DNA of 43,577 nt, counting the filler, from Jimgerdemannia flammicorona (Eukaryota), in the NCBI GenBank assembly GCA_003990765.1. It is 2 parts of 2 records of this genome, joined end to end, with 100 filler letters (N's around TTAATTAATTAA, not from the genome) between each part and the next. Parts side by side here need not be neighbours in the genome. Positions count along the whole stretch, not along the records: positions 1 to 21,740 come from RBNJ01001402.1; 1 more part is not named here. The stretch is one strand, 5' to 3'. Position numbers and translations under genes: made by a program. Positions 11,317-21,840 of the stretch are shown in pieces. The notes under the pieces were generated by a model. The model made no database searches. It was not told the DNA's origin and saw only the letters and a list, made by a program, of their open reading frames with translations. Position 1 is the first letter of the stretch. The number at the start of each line of letters is the position of its first letter.

Positions 11317-13311
11317 TCATGTTGCTGTTTGGGGTTTTCGGTTGGGGCAGGCACTGGCCATGTGTCCTGTCTTTCGGTAATAGAAGCATGCTCCGCTTCT
11401 TCGAAGTTCATTTCTTTCGCCTTCAGTAAGTTTCTTGAAGATACTTGGCTGAGTGGGTTCATGATTTCTGGGTATCCAAGAGGTGGATGTGGAGGGAGCT
11501 CGAGATGCTTCATGCTTGGGTTCTTCTTTCTTAGTCCAAGTCTTTTCCTTGTTGTTGAATTGTCTTCGAGGCAGAATTGGTCCAGCTGTTAGGATTCGCT
11601 TGACCATGGTCTTGATTCTTACTAGACACCATTGTTGGTGATCACAACCAACTAGGCGGCCTTGTTCTCGGATTTTTCTAGTAAGCAATTCAGGCAGTGC
11701 ATCGAATAAATGGTCTGCTCTTGTACCATTTCGTGCTTCATCGTTGGCAATATATCCTAGGCCAACAGTGTTCAGGAGTGACTCGAGTTTTGTATAGAAG
11801 GTTTCAAATTCTTCTTTGCCATGTATATCAAATTTGAGGTTGCGGAGTTTTACTCGAGATTCAGCAATCATGGTTTCGCTGTGGTATTGAGCAATCATGA
11901 GTTGTTTGAGTCCAGGGGCTACAGGATGGGCTCCATATCCTGGGGCATTGTTTGCTGCATTCTGAGCAACTACTGCAGGTTGGGTATCCCATGTGAGGGG
12001 TTTTTCAGGAAGGGTTCACCACCATTCTTCGGCAGGTCCTCGGAAGAATGTAACAACTCGGTGGACATAGGCTGTAGTTGTAGCAAAGAGTTGTTCTAGA
12101 GTGTGATCTTGATTGTTTGTCAGAACGTGGTCAGCAACTCATTCATTGGTCCATTGATTGGCTTCAAAGTTGGTGTCAACTACACTAATGAAGCTTTGGA
12201 CTTCTTGTGCAGTACTATTGAAGGTAGGTAGGCTCAGATTTTTGGTAGGTCGGGTCTGTTCGGCTAAGACAGTAATGGTTGCTGCCATTATAGCTACTTG
12301 GGCTGTGAGATCCAGAATCTGTTGGTTCGCCATGTTGATTGCTGGAGGCGGTTGGACTGCTGGTAGTGGTGTTACTGGTACTACTTGAGGTACTGGTGCC
12401 GAGTGTGATAGAGTTCTTTGGGTCTGTGTAAGCTGCTGGAGTAGTAGTTGTGGATCTGGAGTGAGGGCTTGATAGATAGCTGTTTGTTGCTGTGTAGGTG
12501 TATTCTGTCCTGATGGGTGTGTGTCTCCTTCAGTGGTGTATCTGGGATCGAATTCGGTGAGATACTTCTCCTCTTCTTCAGTTTGGTCCCCGTGTAATTG
12601 GGTTTGCTCGGCGTCAAAGTAGACAGAATCAGTTGTATATCTGATTTCAGATGGACTTAATTCAAAGTCAAGTTCAGGTTCGGTATTGGTTTCAGATTCA
12701 GGTAGGGTTATAGCAGGGCCTGCTTCAGGTTCAGGGTCAGGTAGTTGATGAAGGGTTTCTCTTGCTTCTTCTTTAAGAATATGGTGGGCCTTGCTGTTCT
12801 GGAATCGGTAGTATAGTGCGGTCTTGGTCCTGGTGCAGTGAAAGTCAGTAGAGTTGAGCCACTTGGCTACAGAGGCTTGGGCTTCGTGAGGAACTAAGGC
12901 TAGAAAGACTGCTGCTGGTTGTCCTAGGTTGCTCGGATTTGTGGAGCTGACAAAACTCTTGTTGAGAAGAGTAAAGAAGGCTTCAATAAGACCTTCTTCA
13001 TCTTGACTTGCTGGGTGTAGTGCAAGGAGTTCGGTGAATAGCGTTTCGCCTATTTGCTGGTTTAATCGGAGTACTTCTTTCTTTGAATGAAGTTTGTCCC
13101 ACTTGTTGCAGGTGTGGAGGTCAAATTGTCCTTGTATGTCAGGTTCAATTCTCTCCAGATTGTCAGATGGTTCGGATAAATTCCAGTTCAGAGGTTGGGC
13201 TTTATACCAACTTGTAGGAATTCGCAGAAGGGTTTGTAGCGGGGTGAGGAAGTGTCTTGAAGCAGAATTGGATTGTAAACCGCTGCTACCAAGTTGTAAG
13301 AGGGTTACTTT
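11317..13311 (-). pseudogene. gag: Gypsy gag with long N-terminal open frame
   Basis: Same frame as pol; LPTF capsid-like start after MANQQ (12333); degenerate zinc knuckle CFYYRKTGHMASAC; TGA stops at 12139, 12016 and 11317. Confidence 0.88.
13280..13291 (-). promoter_or_regulatory. Gypsy primer-binding site, tRNA-iMet 3'-end type
   Basis: TGGTAGCAGCGG 3 nt downstream of the 5' LTR. Confidence 0.85.
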
Positions 13312-15377
13312 TTAGGGTGACCGTTACATAGTTCTGGAAGAGTTTTCTGGATATTCTGGATATTCTGGAAGACCGTTTTCTTATGGTCAAGATCAATTTT
13401 GTATGGAGTACGTCCTCTACGCTTATTGATTTCAAGATCGGGTTGACGTCTCAACCAAAGTCCTTTTTTGGACTAGTTCTGGATGTTCAGGATCTTCCGT
13501 ATTTCAGGAAGTTCAAGAAACTAAGACCAGCTTAGTTGAATTGGCATATCGCTGCAGACAATACCCAATTAGGAAATTTTGTGATGGGGTTAGGAGTAGG
13601 ACCTAACAGAGAGCGGATTTACTTAAGAGTGGTTTGTGAGTTATGGAATAGGTTTATTTGCTATTCATGATATTGCTATACTAGGAGTATTTGTGTGAAG
13701 GGATATTGTGGGGAAGTGCTCAGGAGTTGTGTTCGGATTGTTCAAGTCTTCAAGTCTATTCGAGTCTGAGATTCTGAGGTCTGGGGGAGGGGGTATTTAT
13801 ACTAGTGGGGAACTATCTGGACTATGCTGAATATGGATGTAGCACTAAGTGCCTTGCTGAGTCGGAATGCAGTCACGTAGTACAAGTGTGATCTGACATG
13901 TCAAGAGATCGTCTGACTGCTGAGTCAGTTCACAGTCACATCGTACAAGGCTAATCTAAGTATACTATGACTGCTAGGCTATTTATGGGTTTAGGCACTA
14001 TCTGGGTAGTCTTTGATGACATCACCATCGATTGCATCATCTCTGATGAAGTAGTCATCTAGGAAGAGTGGTTCGTGGATTACTTCTCCTTGTTGGCTGA
14101 GGTAGTAATACATTGGGACTTCATCTCCATCCCACAGGATAGCATCATCTGTTTTGTATACTGGATAAGGTGTTGGTGGGCGAAGGATGGATGTACTGTC
14201 TTTGCTTTCATCGGATTCGCTGTCTGTGTACCTTCTATAGGTTACAGCACTATGAGTTGCGGGGTTATAGTATGCTGGTGGCTGTGGTTCATGTTGCTCG
14301 TACTCAGGTGGTGGAGTGGTTGGTTCGATCTCGAGGGTTGTCTGAAGGTACAGGTTGTGTTCTCCGGTCTCTTCATTGTAATTGAAGTAATCGGGGGTAA
14401 ATGCAGGTTGGTATTTGTGCCAGTGGTCATTGTCCCAATAAGTCTTGTATGCAGTTATGAACTGTTGCAAGTTCATTGGCAAGATTGGCGGAGTGATCAG
14501 GGTTGGCAGAGATCCTTGGCTAGAGGTCATATCGGCATCAGAGAGATCATTGTCTTCTGCTTCATCTTCATCGAAGTGGATTATATCGTAGATGTCCTTC
14601 ATGGCATATCCGACTTGAGGCATTTGTAGGATATAGTCATCAGGTTGCGGGAAGGTTCTGTCTGTAGTTTCGACATACTCGAGGTACTTGTGGTTGAGTT
14701 CTTGTATCATGTCATCGATTTGGCCATAGGACAGGGTAGCAACCATTTCGCTGGTAGTGACTCGGAGGCGGGGAATAAAGGTTTGTACTCATAGAAGAGT
14801 TCTCGATGTTTGCGGGCGATAAGCTTTTAGTATTGAGACATCTGGGTAATATCTGTATCATGGTGGTGTTCGACCATGTCTTCTAGGAGGTGGCCAATCT
14901 GGTAGTAGCTTGAGATTTGTCCGATTCGGTTGGCCTCGCTAAGCATGTTCAGGGCATTCCATCAGGCTTCCATGAAGTAGAGGGGTGCCAGGCTATGGAT
15001 ATTCATGAGGGGCAGAGGGGGTGTGGCTTGGTTGACAATGGCATTCCAAATGTCAGCACGGATGTAGTTGTAGATCTCAGTGATCATGTTTGTGTATTTT
15101 GGAAGTTGTAGTTATTGTTTGTTTTGGTTTTCTGATTCGACGCGTCTCGGTGCTCAGTATATATATATTTGGTCCTGATTGGTAAGGTTCCGTTTGTGTA
15201 GATCTTATGTTCCATGACTTCATATTGACTCAGCTTTATACACTGTGACTTCGGTTTGACTCAGCTTCGTGATCAAGCAGGTGATTTCCAGATTTGTTCA
15301 GAGGTCGCATGTGATTTCAGTGGCTTTGTTCAGAGGGTGACGTGTAATTTCGGTGGCTTGGAGGTTGTGCGCTTATA
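13295..15377 (-). repeat. Gypsy 5' LTR (2083 bp)
   Basis: TGTAAG...CTTATA (terminal CA mutated to TA), followed by TSD CTCTT. Confidence 0.97.
13991..14746 (-). CDS. Second copy of LTR-encoded ORF-B (251 aa)
   Basis: Near-identical to 5389-6144, uninterrupted. Confidence 0.65.
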   Translation of the reverse strand: MVATLSYGQIDDMIQELNHKYLEYVETTDRTFPQPDDYILQMPQVGYAMKDIYDIIHFDEDEAEDNDLSDADMTSSQGSLPTLITPPILPMNLQQFITAYKTYWDNDHWHKYQPAFTPDYFNYNEETGEHNLYLQTTLEIEPTTPPPEYEQHEPQPPAYYNPATHSAVTYRRYTDSESDESKDSTSILRPPTPYPVYKTDDAILWDGDEVPMYYYLSQQGEVIHEPLFLDDYFIRDDAIDGDVIKDYPDSA

Positions 15378-15382
15378 CTCTT

Positions 15383-17600
15383 TTTAGAGTATATTGAAGT
15401 ATATATAGAGCTACAGATATCTATATATATCAGGTTGAAAATACTGACTGCTTGCTTTATTTATTTTTGAAAAGGTTATCTGGAAGTCTTATTTATTATA
15501 TATCTATTATAAAAGAAGTTTGGAGATATACAGTCTAATAATTTTCTTATTAAACTACTCTTTATTATCTATTCTAAGCTTATCTTACTGATGTATCCTA
15601 AGTATTCATATTATATATATCAGAGATCCTCTTTAGTTATAGTTGTAGAATATATAAATAATATATTACTTAGTATACTATTAATTGTATATAGGTTCTT
15701 CTTTTTTAATATATATATATATATATATTAACTTCATATTATTCTTTAGATTAATTACTATTATATATAATATTTAGATATATATTTACTCCTCTGTCTT
15801 AAGCTATTATCTAGTCTATTGAGAAGAGGTTCTAGTATATATAATATATCTATAAAGATATCTGAAGATTTGTTAATATTTTTATATAGATATATACTAA
15901 TATTTCTCTTATCTTAGATATAGATAATATTATTATTACTCAGTTTGATAAGTATAGGATGTTTTAACTTTTTATATATAAAGAACTACTTGTAATATAC
16001 TAGTATATATTATATTACACTAGAATTTATAAGTCAGACTTCTTTATTATATATATAAATATTGTTTAGTATATAGCTTATATTGGCACTAGTACTATTA
16101 GTATTGATATTACTATTTTTTACTATCTAAAAAGTATTTTGCTGATCAGAATTTATAAATATTGAACTAATATTGAAACTGAAATTATAGCTATAACTAG
16201 TATTTATAATTAGAGTATTTTTTATTAGTATAAAAGAGTTTTCTGAAATTCTTTCTATATCTATCTCTATATATAGATAAGTTACACTTCTGTAAAAAAT
16301 AAACCTCTGCTACTATTGTTTATATTGCTAATATCTATTGTATTTATCTGCTATTATCTTTATTACTATTGTCTACTCTTTTCTTTTTTCTTATAGTTGT
16401 AGTCCTGCTTATAATATCTATACTTATTATAGTAAAAATATTTATTTTCAAATTTCTAACTATCATATTACTGACTTTGATCTCACTCTTTATTCAGCTT
16501 ATCTTTATCTTATCTATATACTCTATAGAAGACTTTCTCATCATCATCTTTATTAGTATCATTACTTAGTCTTATTTCTTTATTTAAAAGACTTATAATA
16601 ATATACTTATTCCTTAAGCTATAATATAGACAAATTTGCTTATAAAAAATATATATATAATTTTTATTAAAAAAAATTTTTTACTAATAAATATAAAGTT
16701 AAAAAAAAAAATTTAAATTTTTATTTTTTTTTTTTTTTTTTTTTTATTTTTTTTTTTTTTTTTTTTTTTATTTTATTTTTTTTTTTTAATATAATTTATT
16801 AATAAATATGAAAAAATTAAAAAAAAAATTCATTGAAAATTTATACTATTTGCAGTAAACTAATAGAATATATTTTACCTTCTGATAGATTGATTCAGTA
16901 TCTCCTATATCTATATTATAGTAGTAGTATAGTATAATAAATATATTGTTATAAAAAGGGTTAAAAATTAAAAAAAAAATTACTGGTAAATTTGTCTACA
17001 AAATTGTACAATCTATTGGTTATAATTTAATAATTTGCCAAATTCGCTTATAATAGTAATAATAATATTATATATCTTGAGAAAGTCTTACATAAGAGTT
17101 AGAACCTTATCTTTATCCTTGATAGTATCTACTAGTGTAGATATAAGAGAGTTCACTTAATTTGCTAGCTCATTGACTTAATTGATATAGTTCTAAATAC
17201 TCTCTTTAGACTTTATTTAAAGATTGAATAGTTGTACTTTTAGGTAAAATCTGTTGGATGTAAATACCTATAGGTAGTAATTACATAAGATCTCTCAGGT
17301 TTTATTTACTGTCATAATATTGATTATAAGCTTCAATTGTATATTCAACAAGATGAACATATTCTTTCTTAGTACTCTGTAATTCTTTACAGTATTATAT
17401 TCTATTATTTATATCTATAGCTTCCAGTAGTCCTCCAAACTATATTCCTCTAAGATATTCTTTATATGATATGTCCATATGGTATAGTTCTTTCTGTCAA
17501 AGACAGGAATCATCCTCTTTATCATTATTATTGGCATGCTCACCCCACCAGCATCCATTCTGGGTCCCATTCTACTTATATTACTTAGAACTAATATGCT
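15383..17600 (-). pseudogene. gag: Decayed Copia gag, protease and integrase N-terminus
   Basis: IPVFDRKNYTIW Copia Gag N-terminal motif (ORF 17415-17681); continues the IN frame interrupted by the Gypsy; boundaries approximate. Confidence 0.75.
16620..17050. repeat. A/T homopolymer-rich low-complexity tract within Copia gag (possible small insertion)
   Basis: Long T and A runs at 16720-16830; CAAATT(T/C)GCTTATAA occurs near both ends. Confidence 0.5.
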
Positions 17601-17685
17601 TCCTCCAGTGCTTCTGCTGCTAGTATTAGTCAACATTGTGTAATGTAGTGTAACATATATGTTAGAGGGGTGTATATCCACTAAT

Positions 17686-17699
17686 CAGGGCTCATAACC
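17686..17699 (-). promoter_or_regulatory. Copia PBS complementary to the anticodon-stem (half-molecule) region of tRNA-iMet
   Basis: GGTTATGAGCCCTG 4 nt downstream of the 5' LTR, the copia/Ty5-type half-tRNA PBS. Confidence 0.88.
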
Positions 17700-17703
17700 T
17701 TTT

Positions 17704-17837
17704 TGTTGTGGAATGGGGAGAAAGAAGCGAATTGTTTATTGATACTAGCTTACGCGCTTTTACGCGTGCTGATGACGTTTACAGGATGACGTAGTCAGGC
17801 TGCGCCATCGAGTTGCTATAACTAAGATATTTCAACA
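17704..17837 (-). repeat. Copia 5' LTR (134 bp)
   Basis: Matches 980-1119. Confidence 0.95.
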
Positions 17838-20800
17838 ATTCTGCACCATGAACAATTAACACCCCACACCATTTCGTAACGCAAACAACGCTGATAAACG
17901 ATTTGTAGGTCGAGAGGATATCTTGGAATAGATGCTGGCTGTAATCCATGAAACCGGTTGAAAGCCGTACGATATATTATTGCCATCGACATTGCGGGGA
18001 TTTTTCTGGCCTTGCGTCGATGGTCGGGAGCCTACGAGATAGAAAAAACAAATAAGTAACGAATAAAGAGAGGCATGTCTTGTGCGGATTTAACATAGGT
18101 ACAAGAAGTGTGGGTAGGGTGGCACGAATAAAAACTGCAAAAAAAATAATTACGGGGTATCGGATGCATGAGCACAGTGTTCCCAGTCAATTTCCGACAT
18201 GGCTCAACCAACTCGCAAGGGTCTCGTACATTCATACCCGAATAACGTGACGTAAGCTCCAAAACTACAACCCGGTTTCACCCTTACTTAAGGGGCTCAT
18301 CAGTTGGCTTTATAGTAACCCGAGACCGGTGTGAATCCATACACCGGCCACTTAGCTTTATATTTTCTTTACCAGCGATATGCAAAACCATGACGAAAAG
18401 GAGAAAACTATACTCACTTGTATCACGACCTCCCAGACCAGCAACGCTCGAGGGTGCGAGATTAGTGTCCTGCGGAGGACGAATAGCCAGCCCATTACCA
18501 AAGGTTGGCATGCCACCCGAAGGCCACCAGCCCGTCAGCCCGGATTCCATGGCCGGGCCACTATTACTTCGAATTCTTAGTGAGATAAATTTACACCTTC
18601 TGGTCCAGCGGATCTCCAGCGTAACTCTTGTCCAAGCGGCGTTGCGGAAGGAAGGCCCCGGAAGACCGTGCTGAAGAGGAGGTGCTCGCGATTTAGTGTG
18701 CGATGGGTTGGGACAGTTGTAGCGGATAAGGGTTCCAAATCTACCTGAGCTTTGGTTGACGGTCTTTCGAGTGGGTAAAGAGCATTCGCAGGGTCAAAAT
18801 AATTTTCGTTCCGAGCCCCCCGTTCTCCGATTCCCCGAAGTAAACACACCACCAGATAAGGCCTTTTTGTTTGTGTGTGACGTGAAAAATCCATGCCAAT
18901 TACGTTCACATGCTGGGCAAGAGGGTACTTATGGGTATGTGCTCGGGGGTTGCCCGAAATTCTATTTGAAGCATCGAAACAGGGACACGCTTCCAAAGAT
19001 GGTGTATCTGTATGATTTTAGTTATAGCGTTGCCATCTTGCCCTAGTATGTTCTAGTCTCATGCATTGAAGATTCGGCAGCCAGTAATTTCTGATGTGCC
19101 TCATGATAAACAAATGGGCCCATTCACCGACAAGGCGCGGTCTGAACTTGCTGGCATGCCGACCTTTTTCACGAACCCCTCACGTCCTTTGTGCTCAGAA
19201 ACACCGGCTTCTGCATTATGCGTTCCTTCGAATAAGTCCCGCTCGACAGATCGTCGGTATCCGACGTCATCTTCACCAACATAAAAAATCACGCAGAGGA
19301 ACAGGCACACGATGCCCTTGCTTCATTCCTCAACTCATTCTATCATGATTCGAACCACCAACGGTAAAAAACGGCCATCGATGCGCACATTAGATGGAAG
19401 GCCAAATATAAACACGTTCATCTAAAATTCGCCCATGTTTTCGACTGGGAAGAAAAATGCATCAAGGGCGCGGTGGAAGTTCATACCAGAGGAGTTCCCA
19501 GTCCATTTTTGTTTGCTGTGAGGTCACATTTCAAAAAAAAAAATCACACTATTTACGCGGCACAACCTGTTCTCACCAAATATATCCAGAAAAAATTCTT
19601 GTCGTGCGGGATGACTGACGCCGTTTTGGGAGCGTCTGTATACGTGGTACGTGCACATTCCGAAAATCGAAACATATTTCCCGTCTCTTCGGCAGATCGT
19701 AGATGTCGACAAAAATAGCTGGGGATAGATTGTCCGAGCACCCGTTGTCTGAGCGAAATGACAAGTCACCTTTCGTCATGCGAATAGTTGACACGACAGT
19801 CAATTGATAATGTATGGGCCATGCAGAAAACACAGCTTTCAATAAGTCCACCAAAGCGAATACACCATCGTACATCGCCACTTCCAGATCCTCCTGCAGC
19901 TACTGAGAGTGCCGTACCCGTTACTTCCAGGCAGGGCAAACTGGGACCTTCTTGGTAGAAGTATTTGATATTTCGCGCGGGCCCATTCAGCATCAAAGGG
20001 TCCCGTTGTATACTTTCGGGCCAGTCAAGCGACCGCCGCGGAGATAGGTGACCCTATGTTTATCTACATCGCATTATTCTTATGTCGAGTGATAATCGAC
20101 ATGGAGTGGATGGACAGATGCCGGGACCTTCATGGTCACCTTGGCCAAAATATCTTAAATTGTTGCCCTACGTAAATATTCTTAAATTTCTTGTGGTCAT
20201 TGACAAGAAGAGTTCATGAACTCACCGTCATAACAACTTCCAGGTATATACCCGCCACCGCCGTGAGGCACGTTAAGCTGCAGCAAGGATACTTGCCCAG
20301 GCGAGGGCATCAAGGAACAATACCGCCTGGCTCGCCCTTTCCGTGAACCACGCGTACCTTACGCCAAACACAAGCCACCTAGGACAATGTCTCGCCAGTT
20401 TACGACCAAACCACACCACATACGTCTGCTGCCGCTATGATTGCGCAAAGATCACGCAAGCGAACACACGAATAATTACTATGGTGGGTTTTGGCTGCGG
20501 TTCACCCTTGCGCATGTTCGACTATCGGTCTCACTTGTCCTCTGGTTTTATTATATGTTACATTTCGCCATTATCAGGCCTTTTTACTCCGCACACTCGA
20601 TGTACATATTTTGCTTTTCTAATTCTTCAGATTTTAGAGGCCAATTCTTATTGTTATTTCTGAGTGCGGGGCGGCAGTTATTTCAGTATCTTCTAGGTTC
20701 TGCCTTTCTTTCTTACTCGTTCGCATGTATAATTACTAATTACGTAACATTATAAAATTATATTATAATGATGACATTCATGCTTAAGCCACTTCATTTA

Positions 20801-21740
20801 TTCGATGGGGTATTTAGCACAGCCATGGTCGTGTGCGTCTTTCTCTGTCGCAAAGATGCGAGACATATGTGTATTTTGGTTTGTCCGATTTATACTCTCG
20901 AGGACAAGGAGGCCTCAAACTCTATCAGTGAAAATGAAGCCCAGGTATCACCGTATTTCTTGATTTCTCGTGATGGGTTTAACATGTTGAAAAGCTTGAT
21001 TATATTGTGGCGATAATCATGGCGTGTGCACAATTTCAATATTAGCTTCATGCTTTTCCTACATGCCTCACTCCGCCGCCAAAGCACAGGCCAGAAGAAT
21101 GGAATTAGGGCACAGACGATGGGTGGGGTTTTCGGCATCGGAGCCGGTTGAAGGGATTAAAGTCTGTTTTGCGTTGATGACGCCTGTGCAGGAGCACGCA
21201 ATAAATGCACCGAAATGAACTGAACCAGTCCATTCATAAATATTGCAAAGATGCGTGCGCTACATCACGCCTCATGACAGTAAGTTCTACAACCCTCTAA
21301 AAGAACGAACCCACTTCACTCATTTGCCATTGCTATCGCGTTTATCCGAGTTCTGGTCGGACGGCCAATGTGTCCAAGCTTTTGCGACGTCTCGGCACTG
21401 GGGTCCTTTGTTCCGCTTCGAGCTTTGAGCCTATGAGAAACCGCATGGAAATACCAAATGGAATGGCGTCTCGTTGAGGTTCACAAAGCCTGTATCGAAC
21501 CGAGACACTAAGCGTTTTTATTTTTTTTTATTTTATTTTATTTTTAATCGGAAGCAGAGTCGAGTCTTTTGCTGGAAGGACTTCATCCCCGAACGGGTAG
21601 ACATCCTCGCCACGATGGCACCTTGTTACCACGTTCCTCGATGTCGCCCGATATCTTGTCAAACTCGCCCGATCACTCGGACGGTTCGCTATTGTAAAGC
21701 TTTGCGTGTCCCGTTGTCGACCTTGGCTTTTTTTTTTTTT

Positions 21741-21840
21741 NNNNNNNNNNNNNNNNNNNNNNNNNNNNNNNNNNNNNNNNNNNNTTAATTAATTAANNNN
21801 NNNNNNNNNNNNNNNNNNNNNNNNNNNNNNNNNNNNNNNN
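21741..21840. other. Assembly gap with artificial all-frame stop linker
   Basis: N runs around TTAATTAATTAA (21785-21796), 100 nt in total. Confidence 0.97.

Larger units (their letters stand above)
4693..15377 (-). mobile_element. Ty3/Gypsy chromovirus-type LTR retrotransposon with dUTPase, inserted in the Copia integrase
   Basis: 2083-bp LTRs at 4693-6775 and 13295-15377; perfect TSD CTCTT (4688-4692, 15378-15382); PBS, PPT, gag-dUT-PR-RT-RH-IN-chromodomain. Confidence 0.97.
980..17837 (-). mobile_element. Ty1/Copia LTR retrotransposon, full length but decayed; host of nested MITE and Gypsy
   Basis: Direct repeats TGTTG...CAACA at 980-1119 and 17704-17837; flanks ATTCC (975-979) and ATTCT (17838-17842) form a 5-bp TSD with one transition; PBS and PPT present; minus-strand domain order gag-PR-IN-RT-RH. 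Confidence 0.95.

Noticed and set aside
21785..21796. Palindrome TTAATTAATTAA
   Set aside because: Embedded in Ns; a scaffolding linker, not biological
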